Shown in pieces: positions 1 through 8,823 of a DNA stretch of 64,000 nucleotides. The stretch is from the NCBI GenBank assembly GCA_002719315.1, contig PBHD01000005.1, positions 155,133-219,132 of the forward strand, given 5' to 3'. Origin of the DNA: Flavobacteriaceae bacterium. GTDB lineage: Bacteria > Bacteroidota > Bacteroidia > Flavobacteriales > Flavobacteriaceae. A program made the translations under genes and the position numbers. Each line of letters begins with the position of its first letter. The first letter of the stretch is position 1. The notes below the pieces were generated by a model. It worked only from the letters and a program-made list of their open reading frames with translations. It was not told where the DNA came from and made no database searches.

Positions 1-30
1 TGAGTAGAACTTTAGCTAAAAAAAATTATA

Positions 31-66
31 AAAAACCTTCAAACTAATGAAGGTTTTATTTTTTTA
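31..66. terminator. Rho-independent-type hairpin (A-run / 9-bp stem / T-run), presumably ending the gene lying upstream of the window
   Basis: AAAACCTTC (32-40) pairs perfectly with GAAGGTTTT (49-57). The loop is 8 nt and is followed by ATTTTTTT. Confidence 0.6.
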
Positions 67-203
67 AAATGGTTTATGGTTAGAAACCTTTTATTAATAA
101 GTAATTAATATACTAAATAAATAAAAATAGTTTTAAAATGCAACAAAAATATTTTTAAAAAAGATTTAAATAAAAAAAGTATATTTAAATAAATTAAATT
201 ATC

Positions 204-1565
204 ATGATACGTAAAATAACTTTAGAAGAAAATGAAATTCCAGATAAGTGGTATAATATTATTGCTGATATGCCAAATAAACCTCTTCCTCCATTAAATC
301 CTGGAACTCTTGAGCCAATTGGACCTGAAGCCCTAGCTCCTTTATTTCCAATGGAATTAATTAAACAAGAGGTGTCTCCTGAGAAATGGATTGATATTCC
401 AGATGAGGTTCGAAATATATATTCAATGTGGAGGCCAACTCCTTTATTTAGAGCATATAATTTTGAAAAGGCATTAGATACCCCAGCAAAAATTTATTAT
501 AAATATGAAGGTGTAAGTCCTACAGGATCACATAAACCAAATACTGCTGTTGCTCAAGCCTATTATAATAAGCAAGAAGGAGTAAAAAAAATAACAACTG
601 AAACAGGAGCCGGACAATGGGGAAGTGCTTTGAGTTTTGCTTGTCAACATTTTGGAATTGATTGTGAAGTTTTTATGGTTAAGTTATCATATGAGCATAA
701 ACCTTATAGAAAAGTCATGATGAATACATGGGGGGCTAAAGTTCACCCATCTCCTTCGAATGCAACAGAAGTAGGTAAAAAAATATTATCTCAGGATCCT
801 AATACTACTGGTTCACTCGGAATAGCTATATCTGAAGCTATTGAGGTAGCAGCTAGTGATGAACACACAAAGTATGCTTTAGGAAGTGTTTTAAATCATG
901 TAAAACTTCATCAAACTATTGTGGGTCAAGAGGCTTTAAAACAAATGGAAAAAGCTGGAGATCTTCCGGATATAGTAATTGCTCCATTTGGAGGGGGTTC
1001 CAATTTTTCTGGATTAGCATTTCCTTTTTTAAGACTTAATTTAGAGGAAGGAAAATCTATTAGATGTATTGCTAGTGAGCCTTCATCATGTCCAAAATTA
1101 ACAAGAGGAATTTTTCGTTATGATTTTGGAGATACAGTTGGAATGACACCATTACTTCCAATGTATACTTTAGGGCACGATTTTGTTCCAGCTCCAATTC
1201 ATGCTGGTGGACTTCGTTATCATGGAGCAGGTGTTATTGTAAGTCAATTATTAAAAGATAAAATAATAGAAGCTAAGTCTCATGATAATTTAGAGGTTTT
1301 TTCAGCAGGTGTAAAATTTGCTAAGGCTGAAGGAATTGTTCCTGCACCAGAAGCTACGCATGGAATTGCAACAGCAATTCATGAGGCTGAAATATGTAAA
1401 AAAGAAGGAAAAAGTAAAACAATATTGATCAATTTGTGTGGTCATGGTAATTATGACATGAAAGCTTATGAAGATTATTTTGAGGGAAAAATTGTAAAAC
1501 ATGAGTTATCAGATGAAGAAATTAAATCTTCATTAGATAAACTCCAAACACCTACTATTCCATAA
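204..1565 (+). CDS. TrpB-like (TrpB2-type) PLP-dependent enzyme, tryptophan synthase beta-chain family
   Basis: 453-aa ORF. It has the PLP-lysine segment GVSPTGSHKPNTA and the phosphate-binding loop GGGSNFSG. Length and N-terminal extension are typical of stand-alone TrpB2 proteins. Confidence 0.85.
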   Translation: MIRKITLEENEIPDKWYNIIADMPNKPLPPLNPGTLEPIGPEALAPLFPMELIKQEVSPEKWIDIPDEVRNIYSMWRPTPLFRAYNFEKALDTPAKIYYKYEGVSPTGSHKPNTAVAQAYYNKQEGVKKITTETGAGQWGSALSFACQHFGIDCEVFMVKLSYEHKPYRKVMMNTWGAKVHPSPSNATEVGKKILSQDPNTTGSLGIAISEAIEVAASDEHTKYALGSVLNHVKLHQTIVGQEALKQMEKAGDLPDIVIAPFGGGSNFSGLAFPFLRLNLEEGKSIRCIASEPSSCPKLTRGIFRYDFGDTVGMTPLLPMYTLGHDFVPAPIHAGGLRYHGAGVIVSQLLKDKIIEAKSHDNLEVFSAGVKFAKAEGIVPAPEATHGIATAIHEAEICKKEGKSKTILINLCGHGNYDMKAYEDYFEGKIVKHELSDEEIKSSLDKLQTPTIP

Positions 1566-1608
1566 ATTAAGAATTTATAAAATAAAAGAGGTTTTAAATT
1601 GTACTTTA

Positions 1609-2658
1609 ATGAAGATCGATTTCTTTAAAGTTATTCTTAATAAAAGATTTCCATTGGAAATTAGTAGAGGAGTTAGATCAAATTCTGAAAATCTTTTTGT
1701 AAGAATTGAGGAAAATGGAATGGTAGGCTGGGGAGAATCCGCTCCTGGCGAATCTGAAGGCGCTTCAAGTGTAGATGAAGTTAAAAGCCTTTTAGATAGT
1801 TTTGTAAAAACTGGAATTAAAGGAAATACAATTTCATCCTTATATGATAGATCGAGGGAGATGGGAATCGCACCCTGTGCCTATGTTGCAATAGATACTG
1901 CTCTTTGGGATTTGAAAGCTAAAAAAGTGGGCCTTCCTTTATACAACCTTTTAGGATTTCCTAAGCCTTTTGTCCCTACATCAGTTACTTTGGGAATTAA
2001 TTCACCAGAGGTTATTAAAGAAAGGATACCAATTATTATGGAAAGAAAATCTATTAAATCACTTAAAATAAAATTAGGTTCTCCTAAAGGAATAGAAGCT
2101 GATATGGAAATGTTTGAACAAGTTTTAGAGAGCACAAAAAATTTTAAAGTAAGTCTGAGAGTTGACGCTAATGGAGGATGGAATGTAACAGATGCTATTA
2201 AAATGATGAAATGGTTGTCTAAGAATGATGTAGATTATGTAGAACAACCCTTAGAAGAAGGAAAGGAAGCAGACTTAAAATATCTTTTTAAAAATAGAGC
2301 TTTACCAATTTATGTTGATGAGTCATGTAGATTTTCAGATGACATTTTTTCATATTATAATTATGTTGATGGTGTAAACATGAAATTAATGAAATGTGGT
2401 GGAATCACAGAGGCATTAAGAATTATTGATACTGCAAAGTCCTTGAAATTAAAAACTATGATTGGATGTATGAGTGAATCTTCAGTGGCAATTGCTGCAG
2501 CAGCATCTATTTCAGGAGTAATTAATCATATTGATTTAGATTCACATTACAATTTAAACCCAGACCCTTCTGAAGGAGTAGAAATGATTGATGGTATAAC
2601 AACTCCAAAATATATTCCGGGACATGGTGCTATATTAAAATCAGAATTTTATGCTTAA
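1609..2658 (+). CDS. Enolase-superfamily dipeptide epimerase / N-acyl-amino-acid racemase-like enzyme (L-Ala-D/L-Glu epimerase family)
   Basis: Metal-ligand and catalytic segments in MR/MLE order: RVDANGGW, YVEQPL, YVDES, KLMKCGG. It overlaps the next gene by 8 nt. Confidence 0.8.
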   Translation: MKIDFFKVILNKRFPLEISRGVRSNSENLFVRIEENGMVGWGESAPGESEGASSVDEVKSLLDSFVKTGIKGNTISSLYDRSREMGIAPCAYVAIDTALWDLKAKKVGLPLYNLLGFPKPFVPTSVTLGINSPEVIKERIPIIMERKSIKSLKIKLGSPKGIEADMEMFEQVLESTKNFKVSLRVDANGGWNVTDAIKMMKWLSKNDVDYVEQPLEEGKEADLKYLFKNRALPIYVDESCRFSDDIFSYYNYVDGVNMKLMKCGGITEALRIIDTAKSLKLKTMIGCMSESSVAIAAAASISGVINHIDLDSHYNLNPDPSEGVEMIDGITTPKYIPGHGAILKSEFYA

Positions 2659-3691
2659 TTCAAAAGATAGAGTTGCAATATACATGGAATCTAACTTAGA
2701 TAGTGATTATGGAAAAATGGGAATGGGTGTTATTAGATATCTTTCTAATCAAATAACGTGTATAATTGATTCTAACCATGTTGGAAAAAGTATTAAATCT
2801 TTTATTAATACTGATAGAAAAATTCCAATAGTTGAATCTCTTGAAATAGCCCTAGAAAAAAAATCAACAGTATTAGTTTTAGGAATTGCACCTTCAGGTG
2901 GAAAAATTCCAAAAGAATGGAACCGTATCATTGAAAAAGCATTAAAAAACGGTTTATCCTTAGTTAATGGTTTACATGAATTATTATTTCCTAGATGGAA
3001 GGATTTAATAAAAAAAAATAAAAATCAGTGGATTTGGGATGTTAGAATGCCAACATTTGTTCCCGATATCGCAACTGGAAAAGCAAGTAAATTGAAGAAT
3101 AAAAGAATTTTATTTATTGGAACTGATATGGCAGTAGGTAAAATGACAGCAGCTTTAGAAATATATAGTTTTCTTAAAAAGCAAAGTAAAAATGTTGGTT
3201 TTGTTGCAACTGGACAAATTGGAATCACATTAACAGGAAATGGAATACCTTTGGATGCATTTAAAGTTGATCATGCTTGTGGAGCTGTTGAGGCTGCTGT
3301 TCTAGAAAATTCCAAAAAGGAAATTGTTTTGATAGAAGGTCAAGGGTCATTATTACATCCTGGAAGTACTGCTACTCTTCCACTTATGAGAGGATCTTGT
3401 CCAACACATTTAATTCTTTGTCATAGAGCAAATAAAAAAACATTGAGAAGCCCAAAAAATATAAAAATTCCAGATCTTAAAGAGTTTATTTATTTAAATG
3501 AATTATTGTCAACTGTTAGCGGGACTTTTCCAAAAGCTAAAGTTATAGGAGTTGCTTTAAACACATCACATCTAGGTCATAATAAAGCGATTTTAAGTGT
3601 AAATCAGTTAGAAAAAAAACTAAATATAATTACAACTGATGTTGTAAGATTTGGTCCTGATAAAATAGCTAAAGCAATTTTAAAAAGTTAA
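2651..3691 (+). CDS. DUF1611-family protein (DgcN-like putative D-glutamate N-acetyltransferase)
   Basis: 346-aa ORF with the family-typical segments GTDMAVGKMT and IEGQGSLLHPG. The start overlaps the stop of the epimerase gene (2651 vs 2658), which is the usual partner of this family. Confidence 0.7.
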   Translation: MLNSKDRVAIYMESNLDSDYGKMGMGVIRYLSNQITCIIDSNHVGKSIKSFINTDRKIPIVESLEIALEKKSTVLVLGIAPSGGKIPKEWNRIIEKALKNGLSLVNGLHELLFPRWKDLIKKNKNQWIWDVRMPTFVPDIATGKASKLKNKRILFIGTDMAVGKMTAALEIYSFLKKQSKNVGFVATGQIGITLTGNGIPLDAFKVDHACGAVEAAVLENSKKEIVLIEGQGSLLHPGSTATLPLMRGSCPTHLILCHRANKKTLRSPKNIKIPDLKEFIYLNELLSTVSGTFPKAKVIGVALNTSHLGHNKAILSVNQLEKKLNIITTDVVRFGPDKIAKAILKS

Positions 3692-4608
3692 TACATTTTT
3701 TTTCTGTCTACAAGGTTTAGAAGAGTTTTGTTTTTATTTAATCTATCAAAATTTTCCATTACCTGTCTTACCCCTTCATCAGAATATGATAAACTTGCAA
3801 TATGCGGAGTTATTTTAATTTTTGGGTGAGACCAAATTGGACTATCTTTTGGAAGAGGTTCTTTTTCAAATACATCTAAAAAGGCTCCACTAAGCTTTCC
3901 ATTATTAATAGCTTCAATTATATCTTTTTCAACGTGAACTTCTCCTCTTGACACATTAATTAAATAAGTTTGATTATTAAGTTCTTTAAAGAAACTCTTA
4001 TTTAATAATCCTTTAGTTTGGGGAGTTAAAGGAACTGTGCAAATTAAAACGTTAATCTTTTTTAAAAACAAGGATAAAGAATCACCATAAAAAGATTTAA
4101 ACGGGGTAGATTTTTTGTTTTTACTATATCCAATAACATTAAAATCTAAAGAGTACAATTTTTTTGCTACATCCATTCCCAGATGACCAATACCAAGAAT
4201 TCCAATATTAACATTTCTTTCATCAATTTCAAATTGAGCCCAATGTTTCTTTTTTTGAGCATAATCATAGTCATACCAATTTCGATGATAATTTAAAACA
4301 GCCATTATTATATAATTACTCATTGAAAAAGCCATTTGTTTATCTACAATTCTACATATGGGTATTTTAGATGAAATAGTTTTGTCAGAGATTACATTAT
4401 CAACTCCTGCACCCATAGAAATAATTAACTTAAGATTCTTAAATTTTGAGAGAATACCATGTTTCTGTTTCCATACCATTGCTAGAGTTACCTCTTCAGG
4501 GGTTTTGGTTTTATCTCCAATTAAAATTGGAATTTGAGGATAAAGTTTTTTAAAACTATCAGTCCACTTTTTTGTTGGTATTTCAGGAGCTATAATTACA
4601 AATTTCAT
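3688..4608 (-). CDS. D-2-hydroxyacid dehydrogenase family (glyoxylate/hydroxypyruvate reductase A-like)
   Basis: NAD fold GILGIGHLGMDVAKKL. Catalytic Arg segment NVSRGEVH and His segment ITPHIAS are present. Confidence 0.8.
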   Translation of the reverse strand: MKFVIIAPEIPTKKWTDSFKKLYPQIPILIGDKTKTPEEVTLAMVWKQKHGILSKFKNLKLIISMGAGVDNVISDKTISSKIPICRIVDKQMAFSMSNYIIMAVLNYHRNWYDYDYAQKKKHWAQFEIDERNVNIGILGIGHLGMDVAKKLYSLDFNVIGYSKNKKSTPFKSFYGDSLSLFLKKINVLICTVPLTPQTKGLLNKSFFKELNNQTYLINVSRGEVHVEKDIIEAINNGKLSGAFLDVFEKEPLPKDSPIWSHPKIKITPHIASLSYSDEGVRQVMENFDRLNKNKTLLNLVDRKKMY

Positions 4609-4620
4609 GAATAATTAAAT

Positions 4621-5070
4621 TTATTTACAGTGATGATCAGCAGCTTTAGTTGCTATCTGTTTATTTGGTTTTATGTTTACTTTGTAACCAAGAGAATTTG
4701 CCCATCCTTTAGCGGCTGAAATTAATTTGTGGGACTTAAAGTTTTCATTTTCGTTATAATCCATATCAATTTCAACTTTAACACTAATTTGTTTTGTTAA
4801 CCATTCAGCAGCATCAATACTATCTTCAGCCTCTTTCCATAATCGTGTCCACATATCATTTATGATCGAGACTTTCTTTTTATTAAGAATATAGTGCACT
4901 CCTCTAGTTCCTAATTTATATGCTATTACTGTTGCATAAAAAGTTTTTTTTCCAACACTTTGAGAATCTGATCCAATATGAATTTCAGCATAGGGATATT
5001 TTTTTATTATTTCTATAGTGTGCTGAAGAGGATCAATAATTTTTCCTTTTATGTCTTTGAATAACATCAT
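4621..5070 (-). CDS. RNase H-like YkuK/DUF458 family protein
   Basis: 149 aa with the EIHIGSDSQ segment typical of DUF458. Confidence 0.6.
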   Translation of the reverse strand: MMLFKDIKGKIIDPLQHTIEIIKKYPYAEIHIGSDSQSVGKKTFYATVIAYKLGTRGVHYILNKKKVSIINDMWTRLWKEAEDSIDAAEWLTKQISVKVEIDMDYNENENFKSHKLISAAKGWANSLGYKVNIKPNKQIATKAADHHCK

Positions 5071-5133
5071 TGTCTAAAACTAAAATAAAAATATTATTTT
5101 GGCATATAGTTATAATAGTTTTTAAAATATATT

Positions 5134-5334
5134 TTGTCAAATTCATATTTTTATTTTGCTTTAGCAGTTGGTGTAGCTTTGGGTGCTTGGGGGTCATATA
5201 TGGCCGAAAGAAGAAATAGATCTAAAAATTTAGGGTTTTTATTAGGATTCTTATTTGGGGTAATTGGGTTAATTATTATAATGTTATTGGGGACTAAAAA
5301 AAATCAAGACTTTTCTGAGGGCCAGAAAAATTGA
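5134..5334 (+). CDS. Small two-helix membrane protein (TTG start)
   Basis: Two hydrophobic helices separated by the basic loop ERRNRSKN. The 3' end overlaps the convergent OsmC gene by 31 nt. Confidence 0.45.
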   Translation: MSNSYFYFALAVGVALGAWGSYMAERRNRSKNLGFLLGFLFGVIGLIIIMLLGTKKNQDFSEGQKN

Positions 5335-5717
5335 ATATCTTTTTTTAAACTAGAATTTAATGAATAATAAACCGGACAAGTTAAAGCAGCTTTTTCTAAA
5401 ACTCTACGAATTTTAATGTCAAAAGTCTTTTTAAAATGAATGTGAATAATAATTGAATCTATTCTTCGAGGATTTTCCCCCATTATTTTTTTTACTTCTG
5501 CAATTGTACCTCTAATATCAATTTTAAATTGTTTTGCTTTAATGCCCATAATGGTTAAAAGACATGACGCCAATGCAGTAGCTACAGTATCAGTTGGAGA
5601 AAAAGCTTCACCCTTTCCATGATTATCTATTGGAGCGTCAGTTATTATAGAGTTGTTGGATGCAACATGAGTAGATTGTGTTCTTAACTCACCCAAATAT
5701 TTAACCTTACTAGTCAA
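5304..5717 (-). CDS. OsmC/Ohr family peroxiredoxin-like protein
   Basis: 137 aa with the two family cysteines in ALASCLLT and LTCPVY. Confidence 0.8.
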   Translation of the reverse strand: MTSKVKYLGELRTQSTHVASNNSIITDAPIDNHGKGEAFSPTDTVATALASCLLTIMGIKAKQFKIDIRGTIAEVKKIMGENPRRIDSIIIHIHFKKTFDIKIRRVLEKAALTCPVYYSLNSSLKKDIQFFWPSEKS

Positions 5718-5802
5718 ATTAATAAATATTACAATTGATTAAAGTATAGCTAAAAATAAGTAACTTTAATATCAAACATGTGATTTTAATTAAAAAAATA
5801 CT

Positions 5803-5979
5803 ATGAAATTAAAATTAGTACTTAAAGTAATATTTTATATAATGTCAATTTTGTCATTTACGGTTGTAGGATTTATGTATACTAATCTAAGTTTTATTGA
5901 TTGGCCCTATTTATGGGCGGGCATATTTTTTTTTATTATTCCCTTGTTTTTAAATTTTAATAAATATTTAAAAAAATGA
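5803..5979 (+). CDS. Unlisted 58-codon membrane peptide, translationally coupled to the M20 gene
   Basis: My own translation: MKLKLVLKVIFYIMSILSFTVVGFMYTNLSFIDWPYLWAGIFFFIIPLFLNFNKYLKK. It has two hydrophobic helices. Its TGA (5977-5979) overlaps the ATG (5976-5978) of the next gene. It is below the size cut-off of the ORF track. Confidence 0.4.
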   Translation: MKLKLVLKVIFYIMSILSFTVVGFMYTNLSFIDWPYLWAGIFFFIIPLFLNFNKYLKK

Positions 5980-7403
5980 AAAAAATATACATACTAATAA
6001 TTCTAATCTCATTTACAAAAAATTATAGCCAAACTAAAGTTTCTTTAAAAAAGAATTTGATTTCAAATATTGAGGATCAAAAAAATGACTTAATTAAAAT
6101 TAGTGATAAGATTTGGGCTGCAGCTGAAATTGCCTTTCAGGAAAAAATTTCATCTAAAACATTAATTGATTATGCAAAGCGAAATGGATTTGATGTACAA
6201 GTTGGTGTTGCTCAAACTCCAACAGCATTTGTTGCTACTTATGGTTCTGGAAAACCTGTAATTGGAATATTAGGAGAATTTGATGCTCTACCAGGCATTT
6301 CTCAAAAAGCTATTCCAGAAAAGATCGCATTGGAAGATGGTGCGGCTGGTCATGGTTGTGGTCATAACCTTTTCGGAACAGCGAGCTTAGGCGCTGCTGT
6401 TGCGATAAAAAATCTAATTTCTACTGGAAAACTGAAAGGGACAGTTAAATTCTTTGGAACACCAGCTGAAGAAAAATATTTTGGAAAATTATGGATGGCA
6501 AGAGAGGGTCTTTTTGATGATCTTGATATATGTGTAGACTGGCATCCAGCTGATAATATTGAAGCAGATGTTCAGAGTTCTTTAGCATTAATTGATTTTA
6601 AAGTAGAGTTTTTTGGGCAAACAGCACATGCTTCTGCCGATCCATGGAATGGAAAAAGTGCTTCAGATGCCCTTGAGCTTTATACTCATGGTATTAACAT
6701 GTACAGAGAGCATGTTAAACCTACGGTCAGAATTCATTATCATATTCAAGATGGAGGACAAGTTGTTAATGTAGTTCCTGATTATTCTAGGATATGGGTT
6801 AGAGTTAGAGATATAAAAAGAGAGGGTATGAATGAAGTATATAAACATGTTAAAAAAATGGCTGAGGGGGCTGCAATTATGGCAAATGTTGATTATAAAA
6901 TTAATTTAATTTCAGGTATTCATGAAATTCTTCCCAATAGAGCTGGAGGTTTTGCTGTTCAAAAGAATTTAGAGTTTCTTGGAGATATTAAGTACTCTGA
7001 GGAGGAGAAAAAATTTGCATATAAAATTCAAGAAGCTACAGAAAAACCTATGGTAGGAATTGATGGTAAAATAAAACCAATGAGGCCTACAGAGGAGAAA
7101 CCAATGGGTGGTTCTACAGATGTTGGAGATGTTAGTTTTTTAGTTCCAGTTGTAAGGCTTGGAGTTACAACAGCACCAAAGGGAACACCCTGGCACTCAT
7201 GGGCTGTTGTTGCTTCTGGAGGGATGTCAATAGGTCATAAAGGTATGATATTTGCTTCTAAGGCATTAGGGATGACAATGATAGATTTATTTACAAACTC
7301 TAAATTAAGGGAAGAAATAAAAAAAGAATTTAAATTAAGAAAAGGTGATTATGTATATGAACCAATGCTTCCTCCAGGACCTCCTCCAATTGGTGAGGAA
7401 TAA
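5976..7403 (+). CDS. Secreted peptidase-M20 family amidohydrolase (AbgB / aminobenzoyl-glutamate hydrolase subunit B-like)
   Basis: Signal peptide MKKIYILIILISFTKNYSQ and metal-binding segment GHGCGHNLFG. Length and order are those of the M20D/AbgB type. Confidence 0.8.
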   Translation: MKKIYILIILISFTKNYSQTKVSLKKNLISNIEDQKNDLIKISDKIWAAAEIAFQEKISSKTLIDYAKRNGFDVQVGVAQTPTAFVATYGSGKPVIGILGEFDALPGISQKAIPEKIALEDGAAGHGCGHNLFGTASLGAAVAIKNLISTGKLKGTVKFFGTPAEEKYFGKLWMAREGLFDDLDICVDWHPADNIEADVQSSLALIDFKVEFFGQTAHASADPWNGKSASDALELYTHGINMYREHVKPTVRIHYHIQDGGQVVNVVPDYSRIWVRVRDIKREGMNEVYKHVKKMAEGAAIMANVDYKINLISGIHEILPNRAGGFAVQKNLEFLGDIKYSEEEKKFAYKIQEATEKPMVGIDGKIKPMRPTEEKPMGGSTDVGDVSFLVPVVRLGVTTAPKGTPWHSWAVVASGGMSIGHKGMIFASKALGMTMIDLFTNSKLREEIKKEFKLRKGDYVYEPMLPPGPPPIGEE

Positions 7404-7408
7404 ATATT

Positions 7409-8755
7409 TTAAATCCATGATCTTTTGATCATTTCTTTATTTACCCTTTTTGAAAGGTAAATTACGGCAACCATATTAGGAATTGTCATTAAAGCAAATG
7501 ATAAATCTATCAGACCAATTACTAACTCTACAGTAACAACTGAAGAGAGGATAATAGTAAAAATATATAGATAGTTGTAAAAATGCCCGTATTTTATACT
7601 AGTTAAAAATCCAAAACATTTTACTCCATAATATGAATAAGTTAATAAGGTAGAAATTCCAAAAACAAAAACCATTAACATTAATAATTCATCACCAAAA
7701 CCAAAGAAGAGTAACCTAAAAGCTTCTAATGTAAGAACAATTCCATTTAAACTTTCATCAAGATAAGCTCCACTTATAATAACTATTAAACCAGTAATTG
7801 TACAAACTAAAATTGTATCTAGAAGAGGGCCTAACATAGCTACAAGACCTTCATTAGTTCCAAGTTTTGACTGTGATTGACCATGGTACATTGGAGCATT
7901 ACCAACACCACTTTCATTTGAAAAAACAGCTCTGCGAACACCTAAAATGATAAGTCCCCAAAATCCACCAGTTACAACTGTGTTTATATTGAAAGCTTCT
8001 ATAAAAATTAATTTAAAAGTTGGAAAAACGAGATTATAGTTGTACAACAAAATAAATAAACCCATAAAAAAGTATAACCCTACCATCAATGGGACAAGAC
8101 TTGAGGTTACTTTAACAATTTTTTTTAAACCACCAAAAATGACGAAAGAACTTATTAGAGCCAATATAATTCCTGTGATTAATTTCCACTGAAAATCACC
8201 AAGTGAAATATAATCATTTGGGTTAATTACATTAATATATGTTTGGGTTAATTGATTTGCTGTAAATGCTGGAAGAACTCCAAAAAGTCCGGCAATTGAA
8301 AAAAATATAGCTAAAAATTTACCCCAATTTTTAATTCCTAATGACATATAATACATTGGTCCTCCTAGAATAGTTCCATCATCGTTTGATTTTCTTATTT
8401 GAACTGATAAAGAGCACGAGTAGAATTTAATAATCATTCCTATAATTGCGGTGACCCACATCCAAACTAAAACTCCAGGACCACCCATATGAATAGCTAT
8501 GGCTACCCCAGAAATATTTCCTAAGCCTACAGTAGCGGCTAATACTGCAGATAAAGCTTCAAATCTAGAAATACCTTTATTTTTATTTTTAGAAAGAAGC
8601 AAATTAAAAGCGAATTTGATTTTTGTTAATGGATAAAGCTTACTAGCAATACATAAATAAATTCCACCACCTAAAACGGCTATTAACATAAACCATTCTA
8701 ATGAACTAATTAACTGGTTTAAAATATTCTCAATTATTGTTATAAAATCATTCAC
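7409..8755 (-). CDS. Alanine/glycine:cation symporter (AGCS family)
   Basis: Polytopic protein with the signature GLGNISGVAIAIHMGGPGVLVWMW. Confidence 0.85.
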   Translation of the reverse strand: MNDFITIIENILNQLISSLEWFMLIAVLGGGIYLCIASKLYPLTKIKFAFNLLLSKNKNKGISRFEALSAVLAATVGLGNISGVAIAIHMGGPGVLVWMWVTAIIGMIIKFYSCSLSVQIRKSNDDGTILGGPMYYMSLGIKNWGKFLAIFFSIAGLFGVLPAFTANQLTQTYINVINPNDYISLGDFQWKLITGIILALISSFVIFGGLKKIVKVTSSLVPLMVGLYFFMGLFILLYNYNLVFPTFKLIFIEAFNINTVVTGGFWGLIILGVRRAVFSNESGVGNAPMYHGQSQSKLGTNEGLVAMLGPLLDTILVCTITGLIVIISGAYLDESLNGIVLTLEAFRLLFFGFGDELLMLMVFVFGISTLLTYSYYGVKCFGFLTSIKYGHFYNYLYIFTIILSSVVTVELVIGLIDLSFALMTIPNMVAVIYLSKRVNKEMIKRSWI

Positions 8756-8823
8756 ATTGAAAAGTAGTTATTAAATTTTGTTTTAAAAAAAAAAAATTGA
8801 AACTTTAATTAAAATTAATTTTT

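Noticed and set aside
1302-2135. Short antisense ORFs nested in longer genes. Examples: 1302-1502, 1881-2135, 2749-2931, 3025-3228, 6663-6848, 9045-9305, 17870-18085, 18686-18952, 25818-26009, 30914-31123, 32165-32362, 34688-34885, 34949-35179, 46324-46530, 47674-47919, 53097-53300, 55281-55475 and 62667-62852.
   Set aside because: Each lies wholly or largely inside a longer ORF on the other strand that has clear family motifs. Their translations are low-complexity or hydrophobic junk typical of AT-rich antisense frames.
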